A DNA stretch of 64,000 nucleotides from positions 96,001-160,000 of the IMG/VR virus record IMGVR_UViG_3300029288_000063. The stretch is one strand, 5' to 3'. Both the position numbers and the translations under genes were made by a program. Numbering within the stretch: the first letter of the stretch is position 1; each line of letters begins with the position of its first letter. Below, piece by piece: positions 17,897-27,118 of this stretch. This DNA is from a virus (taxonomy: Duplodnaviria > Caudoviricetes). The notes beneath the pieces were generated by a model. That model made no database searches. It worked only from the letters and a program-made list of their open reading frames with translations, and had not been told where the DNA came from.

Positions 17897-17972
17897 GGCG
17901 AGCGAACCCATGCGGCATGGGGACGGACTGCAAACCCGTTAAACTCTGGTTCGACTCCAGCGCTCGCTTCCA
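17897..17972 (+). tRNA. tRNA-Cys(GCA)
   Basis: Cloverleaf, U73, CCA. Confidence 0.8.
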
Positions 17973-17985
17973 TAAAGGGACGGTA

Positions 17986-18531
17986 ATGTACCCTGAGCAT
18001 CTTTTACCAGTCTTGAAGGCGATGTTGGTCGAGTTGAATTCGACTCGGCTTGAGGTTTTGCTTGTACCTGCGGAAGACCAAAGGCATTGTGGTCATAAAG
18101 TGCGTGTGGTAGAATCGAACAACCCGTGGTGGTATCGGGAAATTTGTTCCCGGTATCCGTCGCGGTCAAAGTCGCATAGTCGTTGTCCGTGGAAGCACAC
18201 AAGGGTGAAAAGGCGAAGGATTTTGGAAGCCCTTGAAAAAATGTCTGCCGATATTTGCTCGAAAAGTTCCTTTGTGGACGATATCCTTGAGGTGGCGGAA
18301 GAAGAGTTGTGCCGATGGGAAGAGGAACGCATAGAGTGGGAGGAACGGTCTACACACTACACCGTGGCGCAATTGGTGGCGCACGACGCTCTGAACGTCG
18401 GGGTTGAAGGTTCGAGTCCTTCCGGTGTAACCATTACCCCGTCGTCTAACGGTAGGACACAAGACTTTGACTCTTGTAACGATGGTTCGAATCCATCCGG
18501 GGTAACCAAATTTGAAGGAGTTCCGTGGTGA
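17986..18531 (+). CDS. hypothetical protein; tail runs through two tRNA-Gln genes
   Basis: AAGGGA RBS, ATG 17986. Confidence 0.45.
   Translation: MYPEHLLPVLKAMLVELNSTRLEVLLVPAEDQRHCGHKVRVVESNNPWWYREICSRYPSRSKSHSRCPWKHTRVKRRRILEALEKMSADICSKSSFVDDILEVAEEELCRWEEERIEWEERSTHYTVAQLVAHDALNVGVEGSSPSGVTITPSSNGRTQDFDSCNDGSNPSGVTKFEGVPW
18358..18433 (+). tRNA. tRNA-Gln(CTG)
   Basis: Cloverleaf, CCA. Confidence 0.88.
18435..18508 (+). tRNA. tRNA-Gln(TTG)
   Basis: Cloverleaf, CCA. Confidence 0.9.
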
Positions 18532-18830
18532 AGATGTATATTCTGATAAAAAATGACTTGGCTGTTGGTCATTCGGTGTTGGCTGCCGCGCACGCTTCGT
18601 TGGCGTGCTATCTGAAGTTCCAGAACGACGAAAGAATGCGCCAGTGGGTGTCAGGCGTGTTTTACAAGGTTGTCTGTGTGGTGTCGCCTGAAGAGTTTGA
18701 GAGGGCGAAGGAGGTCGAGGACAATGTCGTCATGACGGAGTCGTCCCTTGGTGGTGCGGAAGTTGCTGTTGCGTTTTGTCCGAGAGAAGAATGGCCGAAG
18801 ATGTTCAGGTTTCTTCGGCTTTTGAAATAG
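18525..18830 (+). CDS. peptidyl-tRNA hydrolase, Pth2-like
   Basis: KMYILIKNDL..AAHAS..W..KVVC pattern. Confidence 0.7.
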   Translation: MVKMYILIKNDLAVGHSVLAAAHASLACYLKFQNDERMRQWVSGVFYKVVCVVSPEEFERAKEVEDNVVMTESSLGGAEVAVAFCPREEWPKMFRFLRLLK

Positions 18831-18833
18831 AAT

Positions 18834-18910
18834 GGTGGTATAGCTTAGTTGGCCGAAAGCACCGGCTTCATAAGCCGGTATCGGTGGTTCGAATCCACCT
18901 ACCACTACCA
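18834..18910 (+). tRNA. tRNA-Met(CAT), elongator-like
   Basis: Cloverleaf, CCA. Confidence 0.88.
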
Positions 18911-18916
18911 TAATTT

Positions 18917-19008
18917 TGCGGGGGAGTGAAACGGATTTCCCGAAAGGGAATAATCATTCAAGCCCCATAAGCTTGAGATAGTGGGTTCGACTCCCATCCC
19001 CGCGTCCA
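18917..19008 (+). tRNA. atypical tRNA(CAT) with hairpin inserted in the D-loop
   Basis: TTCCC-GAAA-GGGAA in D-loop; C33; CCA. Confidence 0.65.
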
Positions 19009-19029
19009 AATTGCAACGGAGGTTGTATA

Positions 19030-19266
19030 ATGGGTCATATGACGAAGGCGTCTGATTGTATTTGTTGCGTTTGTCATAAGGAAAAGGCTGTTGCCTTTTG
19101 GCCTATGGTTGATATCGACATTCCTGCCCATCCGTATTGTAAGAAGTGTTTGGATGAGGCACAGTTGAAGGTGATGATTCAGTTGGCAGAAACGGACTTT
19201 TATGGGTTGCCGAAGAAAACAAATTCACCGAAGAAGGCGAAAGCAAAGAAAAAGCGAGGTGGTTGA
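19030..19266 (+). CDS. small Zn-finger-like protein
   Basis: GGAGG RBS; CxxC..CxxC. Confidence 0.55.
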   Translation: MGHMTKASDCICCVCHKEKAVAFWPMVDIDIPAHPYCKKCLDEAQLKVMIQLAETDFYGLPKKTNSPKKAKAKKKRGG

Positions 19267-19359
19267 TGAAGTGGCTATTTAATATTGTTTTCCCGTTTGG
19301 GATTCCGTATTGATATCGCCAGCATAGCTCAATTGGTAGAGCACCTGCTTTGTTGTAAC

Positions 19360-19433
19360 GCTGGCATAGTTCAATGATAGAATAGTTGTCTTGTAAGCAT
19401 CAGACGATGGTTTGATTCCATCTGCCAGCTCCA
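19360..19433 (+). tRNA. tRNA-Thr(TGT), nested, divergent
   Basis: Cloverleaf with TTT T-loop and one anticodon-stem mismatch; CCA. Confidence 0.7.
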
Positions 19434-19506
19434 ACAAACAGAAACGCAGACCAAGTGACCAATTCTTTTATGGTCTCCATTCGAATAGCGTAGTCGGCTA
19501 TTTTGG

Positions 19507-20199
19507 ATGGAGGACAAGAGAATGTTCAAGTGCGAAAAGTGTGGTAAGGAGTTTGACAACGAGAGGTCGTTTAGTGGGCACAAAGGTGCCTGCGGGAAGA
19601 AAAAAGAGTGTCCTGTTTGTTGTCGGATGATAAGTGTTTCGAATTTTATTGCGCATGTGAAGTCGCATGAAAACGACAAGGCTTGTCCAGCGTGTGGTGG
19701 GGTGGTTCATGGTCGTGGACGCTTTTGCTCGAAAAGTTGTGCTGCCTCGGTGAACAATGTTGGTGTTGTTCGCAATGGGGTAAAAAAGAAAGACGCGTTT
19801 TGTTTAACGTGTGGAAAGATTTTGGTTCGACGTCAGGTTAAATATTGTTCAAATCATTGCCAACAAGAAAAGAAATATAGAGAATACATAGGTCGGTGGT
19901 TGATTGGAAAAGAAACAGGCAACATGGATGGTTGTATGAATATATCAAATTATGTTCGACGTTGGCTATACGAAACGAGGGGGAAAAGGTGTGAGGGGTG
20001 CGGGTGGGCGAGAAAACATTCGATGGACGGTTCGATTCCGATTCAAGTCGAGCACATTGATGGTAATGCTCAAAACACGACACCTGAAAACTTGAGGATA
20101 TTGTGTCCGAGTTGCCATAGTTTAACGTTGACCTTTGGAAACAGAAACAAGGGAAAGGGTCGATCAAAGAGGCGATCAAAGAGGTGTTCAAAAGAGTAA
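19507..20199 (+). CDS. Zn-finger HNH homing endonuclease
   Basis: Multiple CxxC; EHIDGN..N..NLRILCPSCH. Confidence 0.85.
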   Translation: MEDKRMFKCEKCGKEFDNERSFSGHKGACGKKKECPVCCRMISVSNFIAHVKSHENDKACPACGGVVHGRGRFCSKSCAASVNNVGVVRNGVKKKDAFCLTCGKILVRRQVKYCSNHCQQEKKYREYIGRWLIGKETGNMDGCMNISNYVRRWLYETRGKRCEGCGWARKHSMDGSIPIQVEHIDGNAQNTTPENLRILCPSCHSLTLTFGNRNKGKGRSKRRSKRCSKE

Positions 20200-20309
20200 G
20201 CAGGCGGTTGGGGGTTCGAGTCCCTCTGCTGGCTCCATAAAGAAGCTACTTTCCTTCATGAAAACGCCGATATGGCTCAGGAGGTACTCTACCTACTTGG
20301 ACAACAAAT

Positions 20310-20383
20310 GCTGGCATAGTTCAGTGGTAAAACAGATTCTTGGTAAGAATCAGACGAGGGTTCGATTCCCCCTGCCAGCTCCA
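20310..20383 (+). tRNA. tRNA-Thr(GGT)
   Basis: Cloverleaf, CCA; same lineage as nested Thr(TGT). Confidence 0.85.
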
Positions 20384-20517
20384 AATTGGACTGTTATGAA
20401 AAGATTGCATCATGACCCGGAAAACGGTATAAGTAAAAGGCAGTCGTTGTATGCCAAGAAGACCAGAGCTTGGCTCAGGGGTGTGATGTGTGTTTTGAAA
20501 AAAAAAGGAGAAAATGA

Positions 20518-21021
20518 ATGAGGGTTATTGACGCTCCCGAGTCGTTGTCAGATTTACCGCGCCCGGCAGTGTTCTTGGCGGGCGGGATTACCGGGTGTCC
20601 GGATTGGCAAAATAAGGTTATCGCAGGTCTGTCGGACCTTGACTTTGGGTGTGTCCTGAACCCGCGTCGGGCGAATTTTCCGATTCACGACCCCAATGCG
20701 GCGCGGGAACAAATCACTTGGGAGTTCAACGCCTTGCATAAGGCTGATTTGTTCTCGATGTGGTTTTGCAACACGGAGTCAGACCTACCGATTTGTTTTT
20801 ACGAGTTGGGTCGGTATGTCGCGATTCGGCAGGTAAACGTGCAGCTTGACCGTGTTCTTATTGGTGTTGAGACGGGGTTTAAGCGGTCACAGGATGTGTA
20901 TATTCAAATGGAATTGGTAAACAAGGGAATTTCGGACAACATTTTCTCATCGTTGGACGATTATATAGTGGCGCTTCGTGAGTTGGTGTTGAACTTTGTC
21001 TCGAACACAGTGTTCGAGTAA
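20518..21021 (+). CDS. nucleoside 2-deoxyribosyltransferase-like protein
   Basis: VFLAGGI..DWQ..NPRR..QITWE..YELG. Confidence 0.7.
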   Translation: MRVIDAPESLSDLPRPAVFLAGGITGCPDWQNKVIAGLSDLDFGCVLNPRRANFPIHDPNAAREQITWEFNALHKADLFSMWFCNTESDLPICFYELGRYVAIRQVNVQLDRVLIGVETGFKRSQDVYIQMELVNKGISDNIFSSLDDYIVALRELVLNFVSNTVFE

Positions 21022-21110
21022 ACTGGAGGGTTCTACCATGTTTAGCCTTTTGTGTTCGGAAGTCTTGGTGTTTCGGTGTTGAACTAAAACCAGAGAAAGG
21101 AGGATAACCG

Positions 21111-21620
21111 ATGAAGGTATTGCTTTTGAACCATTCGGAAGAAATTTTGGACGTGATCTCGTGGCAGCGTGCGGTGACGTTGTTGTTTTCGGGAAAGGCC
21201 CGGAAGCCGCATGGCTATGATGATGAGTACGAAATCAAGACCGTGTCCGGTGTTTTCCGGCTTCCGTCGGCTATTGTCCTCGTCTCGTATGTTCGGATTC
21301 CGTACAAGAAGGCGGCAGTCAACAAGGAAAACGTGTTGAAGCGTGACAAGTTCACCTGTCAATACTGTGGTAAGCATTTGACGATGTCATCCGGCACAAT
21401 CGACCACGTTCACCCGACATCTCGTGGCGGGCGGCATGAGTGGAAGAACGTTGTTGCTGCGTGCGCAAAGTGCAACAATAAGAAGGCGAATCAGCGTCCG
21501 GAAGAAGCCGGGATGGTTTTGTTGTCTCATCCGTCCGTGCCGACCCGCAACCTGATTGTTTTGACGGGTATAAATCCCCATACTCTTGGGACGTGGACGA
21601 GGTGGGTTGACCTTGGTTAA
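21111..21620 (+). CDS. HNH endonuclease (McrA-like)
   Basis: RD..CQYCG..TIDHVHP.SRGG..W.NVV.AC..CN..K. Confidence 0.9.
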   Translation: MKVLLLNHSEEILDVISWQRAVTLLFSGKARKPHGYDDEYEIKTVSGVFRLPSAIVLVSYVRIPYKKAAVNKENVLKRDKFTCQYCGKHLTMSSGTIDHVHPTSRGGRHEWKNVVAACAKCNNKKANQRPEEAGMVLLSHPSVPTRNLIVLTGINPHTLGTWTRWVDLG

Positions 21621-22037
21621 CGTGTGTGTGGTTTCGTAGATCAATAACACCCGTCGTGCCGTGTGGCGACGGGTGTTGTTTTAGGAGCCATCATGATTTT
21701 TTCGTCTCCAATAACCTGTCCACCCGAAACGACTGGTTCGGTTTCATACACTGTTTATTCTGGAGGGACAACATCGACGACCGAAACGACGTTTGTGGCG
21801 AGCAGTGATTGTTCGTGTTCGGCGGGTTGTTCGCGTTGTGCGGATTCGCATGAATATGTTCTGACTGTCTTAATGCCAGTTGAGGGTTATGAGGTTCCAG
21901 TCTTACCGAAAACAAAACACGATTCGTATAAAGGTCATCGTGCGGGGCATCCACGTAAAGTGCGGTCGTGGAACAAGATACACAAGCCATTCGGTGGTTA
22001 TGGATTCTTCCGTGGTTAAATGCGAAGAATCCATCTC

Positions 22038-22111
22038 GGGGCGTGCGTCCCGGTTGACCGGATGGGTCTTATAAACTCGTTGGCAGGGTTCAACTCCTTG
22101 ACGCCCTACCA
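22038..22111 (+). tRNA. tRNA-Ile(TAT), atypical
   Basis: CT-TAT-AA loop, T-arm, CCA; odd D-arm. Confidence 0.65.
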
Positions 22112-22118
22112 AAAAAAC

Positions 22119-22140
22119 AGGCGGATAACCTCCGCCTTTT
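22119..22140 (+). terminator. terminator ending tRNA block 1
   Basis: AGGCGGA/TCCGCCT plus T-tract. Confidence 0.7.
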
Positions 22141-22187
22141 ATTTTTTGAATTACTGACTCTCTGTAGAAACGTAATGGAGAGATCAG

Positions 22188-22649
22188 ATGACCATACAGG
22201 AAATCGGTGGTATATTTGGTATTTTGTCGATGGTTTTCAGTCTAGGTATTTGGCTTTTCAAACGAGGAGCCGATGTGGGTGCGTTTTCGGCTCGCTTCGG
22301 TCAGTTTGCGGAATCGTTGAACTCCTTGAGGCGGCGTCAAGATTCAGCGGAAAAAAGCATTAAACTGTTAGTGGAGGATAGCGTTGATGGTGGTGTTAAT
22401 TGGTCGGTTAAAAAGCTGAAAGAAGATGTCCGTGGTATAATTGAAGATAGTAGAAATATTTCTGACTCGGCAAAACAATCCGAAGTGTTGGCAAGGGAAG
22501 CCTTGGAGCAGATTAAAAAGTTAGACGAAGAGAATGACAAGGAACACGGTAAGAATCAAGCACAGATTATTTTGCTTGCAAAGCAGATTCGTGCAATCAT
22601 TGAACACCTTAATGAGAATGTGCGGAATCAGAAAACAAAACCACAGTAA
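22188..22649 (+). CDS. N-terminal TM plus coiled-coil protein (holin-like?)
   Basis: One TM then coiled coil. Confidence 0.45.
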   Translation: MTIQEIGGIFGILSMVFSLGIWLFKRGADVGAFSARFGQFAESLNSLRRRQDSAEKSIKLLVEDSVDGGVNWSVKKLKEDVRGIIEDSRNISDSAKQSEVLAREALEQIKKLDEENDKEHGKNQAQIILLAKQIRAIIEHLNENVRNQKTKPQ

Positions 22650-22711
22650 AAAGTCGTTCCGGAACTATATAGTGTAATTGATTGGTGTTTTTTTGTATTT
22701 TTATAAGGGGT

Positions 22712-23236
22712 ATGAGAATGAAAACGTTTTCTGTATTTCTTGTCGTTGTGTTGTGCTCTGGGTGTGAATTTTCGACCTCTGGGTCATCCTCTGTGTTGCC
22801 TGTAAGTATGAATGTTCAACGTGCGGTGTTGCATTCCGGTGGTCAGGTTGCCACATCTGCCCTTTTAGACAGTTCGTCTATAGACAAGGTTGACCAGCGT
22901 ATTGCAGACACGAAGGTTATTGTCAATGAGATTCGGCAACTCCTTGATACAGGTAAGTTTGGGGCAATGACTTTGGTTGAGCTTCAGTCTGGATTGAACA
23001 AGATTGTTCCGGCTGAATATTCCATTTACTCATCTCAGATTGTATCGGCTGTGTCTGCGTTCGTAACTGTTCCTACCGATAAGCTTGGTGAAAACAACAT
23101 TCTTCGTATTAAGGAAGTTTTGGACGGCATCGAACTTCGCTGCGAACGCTACGACAAGACTGCCCGTCTGAGCGACCGCAGTCTGTCTGCTCCTGCGAAG
23201 ACTCCGAAGAGTGCTGTTCGCATTGTTGTTCAGTGA
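22712..23236 (+). CDS. lipoprotein
   Basis: Signal peptide with LCSGC lipobox. Confidence 0.6.
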   Translation: MRMKTFSVFLVVVLCSGCEFSTSGSSSVLPVSMNVQRAVLHSGGQVATSALLDSSSIDKVDQRIADTKVIVNEIRQLLDTGKFGAMTLVELQSGLNKIVPAEYSIYSSQIVSAVSAFVTVPTDKLGENNILRIKEVLDGIELRCERYDKTARLSDRSLSAPAKTPKSAVRIVVQ

Positions 23237-23251
23237 TTCCGCGAGGAAAAT

Positions 23252-23473
23252 ATGATTGACAACCACACTGTTGGTTCTGTGAAACGCATTTCGCCGGTGT
23301 TGAATAGGAATGCTATTGTAAAGAGTGGTGGAGTCCTCCAACAGTCGGAGGAGGTTGGTTATGTTGTAAGGGAGAAAATCGGCGTTGGAGTATATAACCC
23401 ATCCGCGTTAAATCTGTTCTTAAAAAAAGAGTCTGAAGGGGCGTTGCCTGTTTATGATGAAGACCCGAATTGA
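23252..23473 (+). CDS. mini-protein made of two MCP-like segments
   Basis: GAGG RBS; local similarity to 4501-5361. Confidence 0.6.
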   Translation: MIDNHTVGSVKRISPVLNRNAIVKSGGVLQQSEEVGYVVREKIGVGVYNPSALNLFLKKESEGALPVYDEDPN

Positions 23474-25641
23474 AATTCTGTTATGAACTTGATATAGGAA
23501 AGCTGAATATGATCAGGAGAGTTCTTTTTTCGATAGTAGTGGTTGCTGCTATTTGCACTGTTGTTTTAGTGACGATATCAATGACTGTCGTCAAAAATGG
23601 ATTCTCTTCTGTAGATGAGGATCGGGTGATTGAATCCTCACACCTTGTTCGTTCTATCGTTCAAAGAGAATTGCTCGGTTTGGCCAGCACTGTTGGGGAT
23701 TGGTCACGGTGGGATGATGCTTGGGAGTATGTTAATCAAGACGGCAAAGATAGGTCTTTTGTCGAACAAAATATTGATCTCGCTTCACTATTACAGTTGC
23801 GCGTGTTTTATGTCATGTTTCTTGGACGGGATGGACATCCTATTTCCGAATTTGTTGTTCGTGACGGGGACATCTATGAGGTTCCGAATTCCGAGCTGTC
23901 CTTGGCGTCTATAGATGGTTTTCAATCGGCATCTGAACGGTGCATGCGCGGCGAGGTTGTGCAGGGTTTGTCTTGGATAGGAGACAAGATGTCCTTGGTG
24001 GCAATGTCGTCTATCTCTAAGTCGGACGGTTCGTGTGTCGGAAACGGTATGTTGGTTTTCTGTCGTGATGCGTCCGGTATGGTTTCGGAAATTAACAAGA
24101 CGTTTGAGTCGTTTTCGATATCCGGTGATTGTTCAAGCGAGATAATGAACGACCTCGTTATCAATACCTCCGATTCGAGCGTGTCTGGGACTTTTCTTGT
24201 TCCCAGTGTTGAGGGAGGGAAAAACTATCTCGCAAGCCTATCTGTTCCGAGCTTTTCCGAGTTGCAGGGCAACCGCATTATCCTTGTTTTCGTTTTTGCG
24301 AGTATAGGGTTTGTTTTCGTTGTTTCGATTGCGCTGTGGAAGGTTGTTGATAGGATGGTATTATCGAGGCTTTCTGTCACAATGTCCGCTGTCAAAGAGA
24401 TTGGTCGTTCTGCCGATGTGACAAAGAAGCTGCCCGGTGGTGAATGTTCTGATGAGTTTGGCGTTTTCATTCACAACTTGAACGATATGCTTGAATCTAT
24501 TCGCGTGTCAGAAGAAAAGACAAAAGAATCAGAAAATGCTTTAAAACGTTCTGAGCGAGTAACACTTCTTGGCAAATTCGCGGAGGGTATTGCGCACGAC
24601 CTGAATAACCTTTTGGCAATTATTAAGGGCTATGCGGACTCGTTGAAGTTTGCCGGTTCACTTTCTGAATCTCTCGTGCTGTGTGACAACATAAGTTCCA
24701 CAGTCGGAGAATGTACGGCTTTGATTGGTAAGATTTTGTCGTTTTCGAGGCGTGGTAATATCAACTTTGTGCCGGTTGATCTGCACCCATTGTTGGGTGA
24801 TATATGTTCGATGTTTCATTACGCCATAGAGAAAAAGAGTGTATGTTTTGAATCGGTTATGGGGGCGGAGAACAGTGTGGTTCATGGGAACAAGTCTGAA
24901 ATTCAAAATGCCATATTGAGTCTGTTGGTTAATGCCCGAGAGGCTGTTTCTGATAATGGTCATATCTTTATCAAATCAAGAAACGTTATCGACCCTGACG
25001 GTTTGTCTTCTGGTGAATATGTGGAGGTGGAGGTGAGTGATGACGGTGTTGGAATTCCTCCGTCGATTATGAAAAATCTTTTTGTTCCATTTCAAACAAC
25101 AAAGGAATATGGAAAGGGTCTTGGACTTTCTTTTGTTCATGGGACGGCGGAAAGACACAAAGGAAGGGTAAGTGTTTCCAGTATTCCCGGTAAAACATCT
25201 GTGCTGCTCTTGATTCCGTGCTCTGAAAAAAAGGCTAGTGTTCCGGAGAAAAACAGCGTTATGAGACATAAGACTCCGTGTGTTGTGCATGTCGAAGATG
25301 AGGCGGCCATTCGTGAAATCGTTAAGTTGCAGCTTGAGGATGATGGGTTTTGTGTGAAATCTTTTGCGCATGGTGATGGTGCGATTAGTTATGTTCGTGA
25401 ACACAAGCAAGATGTTGACTTTGCGATTCTCGACTTCGCGGTTCCTCCTGTGGATGGTGTTTACATCTTTCATGAGATGAGAAAGATTATACCAACTCTT
25501 CCAGTTGCGTTTATGACTGGTTTTTGTGACGCTAGGGCTGAAGACTTGCGTGCCGAGGGGGCGGTCGGTGTTTTCGAGAAACCAATCAATTTCAAGTCAG
25601 TTCTTAGTCTTCTGAACGATATACTTGGAAAGCGTGGGTAG
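23470..25641 (+). CDS. hybrid sensor histidine kinase (CHASE4-HAMP-HisKA-HATPase-REC)
   Basis: DWSRWDD, AHDLNN, N/G1/F/G2 boxes, receiver EDE..D..KP. Confidence 0.9.
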   Translation: MKFCYELDIGKLNMIRRVLFSIVVVAAICTVVLVTISMTVVKNGFSSVDEDRVIESSHLVRSIVQRELLGLASTVGDWSRWDDAWEYVNQDGKDRSFVEQNIDLASLLQLRVFYVMFLGRDGHPISEFVVRDGDIYEVPNSELSLASIDGFQSASERCMRGEVVQGLSWIGDKMSLVAMSSISKSDGSCVGNGMLVFCRDASGMVSEINKTFESFSISGDCSSEIMNDLVINTSDSSVSGTFLVPSVEGGKNYLASLSVPSFSELQGNRIILVFVFASIGFVFVVSIALWKVVDRMVLSRLSVTMSAVKEIGRSADVTKKLPGGECSDEFGVFIHNLNDMLESIRVSEEKTKESENALKRSERVTLLGKFAEGIAHDLNNLLAIIKGYADSLKFAGSLSESLVLCDNISSTVGECTALIGKILSFSRRGNINFVPVDLHPLLGDICSMFHYAIEKKSVCFESVMGAENSVVHGNKSEIQNAILSLLVNAREAVSDNGHIFIKSRNVIDPDGLSSGEYVEVEVSDDGVGIPPSIMKNLFVPFQTTKEYGKGLGLSFVHGTAERHKGRVSVSSIPGKTSVLLLIPCSEKKASVPEKNSVMRHKTPCVVHVEDEAAIREIVKLQLEDDGFCVKSFAHGDGAISYVREHKQDVDFAILDFAVPPVDGVYIFHEMRKIIPTLPVAFMTGFCDARAEDLRAEGAVGVFEKPINFKSVLSLLNDILGKRG

Positions 25642-25706
25642 CTCAATGGCAGAGCGAGGGCTTCTAAAGCCCTGCGTTATGGGTTCGAGTCCCATCCTAC
25701 GCACCA
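25632..25706 (+). tRNA. amber suppressor tRNA (CTA)
   Basis: Canonical cloverleaf, loop TT-CTA-AA, CCA. Confidence 0.88.
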
Positions 25707-25714
25707 CAAATAGT

Positions 25715-25747
25715 GACGGGGTCGGAAATTCCGACCCCGTTTGGTTT
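25715..25747 (+). terminator. intrinsic terminator
   Basis: GACGGGGTCGGA/TCCGACCCCGT stem. Confidence 0.7.
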
Positions 25748-25835
25748 GATATATTTTTTTTATACCGTGCGTACAGTGTGAAGTTGTTTTTTTTGAGATG
25801 GTTGGTTTCAAAAGACCAGAGTAGGAGGATTTGAC

Positions 25836-26060
25836 ATGGCATATCGCACGTTGGATGGAGCTGGACGTGACCGTGCCGAGGCCGTTCTTGAGGAAACCAC
25901 CTTCAAGGGTGGTATTCCGGTTCGTGCGGACGGAGCTGTCCGTGTGATCAGGAAGTATGGCCACGGTGTTGTTCGCACCTCGGGTGCAACGTCCCTGAGT
26001 GGCGCAAACGCTGGTGTTGTTCGCAACTACAATGACAACGGAAAGAACTTCGGGAACTAG
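25836..26060 (+). CDS. small hypothetical protein
   Basis: AGGAGG RBS; followed by terminator. Confidence 0.6.
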   Translation: MAYRTLDGAGRDRAEAVLEETTFKGGIPVRADGAVRVIRKYGHGVVRTSGATSLSGANAGVVRNYNDNGKNFGN

Positions 26061-26185
26061 GTTTTCCGTTTTCCGCCGCCGCGCCTGCAATTGGCACCCC
26101 CGTCTTTGGCGGGGGTGTTTTTATTTTTTTCTTATTGCAATACCTTTTCGCGTGTGTATAGTATTCGCAAATGGAGGATTTGACC

Positions 26186-26512
26186 ATGTTGTAGGTGTCG
26201 CCGAAAAACTTCGTTCTTGTTTGTTCTGACCTACCCCTTGCACATCAGATTGTTCAGGCTGCCCATGCGGCGTATGAAGCCGGAACCACATCCAATATAA
26301 AATCGCCTACCCAACAACGCCTTGTCCTGTGCACTGTCGCGGATGAGGCGTGTCTTTTTTTCGCCTGTGAAAAACTCGAACGGGCGGGAATCAATTTCGT
26401 TTTATTTCGTGAGCCAGACATGGGGAACCGTGCAACGGCTTTGTGTACCGAGGCGCTTAATGACAAGCGTGGTCGGGTGCTGTCGTCGTTTCGTTTGTGG
26501 AAGGAGGGATGA
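26186..26512 (+). CDS. Pth2/PTRHD1-like peptidyl-tRNA hydrolase with in-frame TAG at codon 3
   Basis: GGAGG-8nt-ATG TTG TAG GTG; QAAHAA..LVLC..FREPDM..TALCTE. Confidence 0.65.
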
Positions 26513-26781
26513 ATATGCGCCGGGTCAAGAATCCGTATGGAGACCGTCGCGCTCCTGATGGTGATTTTGCCCACGGGTGGAGGTGGGTGAGAAAAGGCGG
26601 AAGGGTTAAGGTTGCCGGTCTGTGGTATACCGCCCCAAAGCTGGGTGAGATTGTTGGTGAGTACGTCAAAGTCTCCATGAATGACTACTGGCGTTCTGAG
26701 GTGATTATTGAGCGTGGTGCGATTGGTTGTGTTGGTTTTTTCTGCTATGCGAAGCCGGAGAGCGAACATGACGACGAATGA
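26509..26781 (+). CDS. hypothetical protein
   Basis: AAGGAGG RBS; ATGA overlap. Confidence 0.55.
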   Translation: MNMRRVKNPYGDRRAPDGDFAHGWRWVRKGGRVKVAGLWYTAPKLGEIVGEYVKVSMNDYWRSEVIIERGAIGCVGFFCYAKPESEHDDE

Positions 26782-27118
26782 GCTTATTGATGCGTTGCGG
26801 TCAGCCGACCAGTCAGGCAAGTTGCAGGTGGTTGTTGGTAATGTGCCGATATATACTGTTGACCGGCTTCCTGCGTATTATGACGGGCGGATGCAAGAGC
26901 TGATTCAAGACCACAGTCGTGACCCGTATTACAACATCGTTGGTTTTCGGGTGAAGAGAAGTGGTCAGAAAATCAACTTGTGCACGATAGATTTTGAGAC
27001 GGTACTCTGGGACAACCCGGACGCCGAGGTTGACCTGTCAGACCTGTCCGAAAGGGAACGGTTTGAATGGGAGGCGCGGGTTGCCGAGGTGATTGTTCAA
27101 GCGAAATCTGAGTCCTGA
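26768..27118 (+). CDS. hypothetical protein
   Basis: GGAG RBS. Confidence 0.55.
   Translation: MTTNELIDALRSADQSGKLQVVVGNVPIYTVDRLPAYYDGRMQELIQDHSRDPYYNIVGFRVKRSGQKINLCTIDFETVLWDNPDAEVDLSDLSERERFEWEARVAEVIVQAKSES

Larger units (their letters stand above)
19318..20237 (+). mobile_element. split tRNA-Thr(TGT) carrying replacement tRNA-Thr(TGT) and HNH endonuclease
   Basis: 5' half 19318-19353 and 3' half 20198-20237 rejoin to a perfect tRNA. Confidence 0.85.

Noticed and set aside
17740-18531. A single 263-aa gene
   Set aside because: Composite of an HNH remnant, tRNA-Cys, a separate CDS at 17986 and two tRNA-Gln genes
25836-26125. A third attenuator
   Set aside because: No clear antiterminator overlap, and the downstream gene has its own promoter
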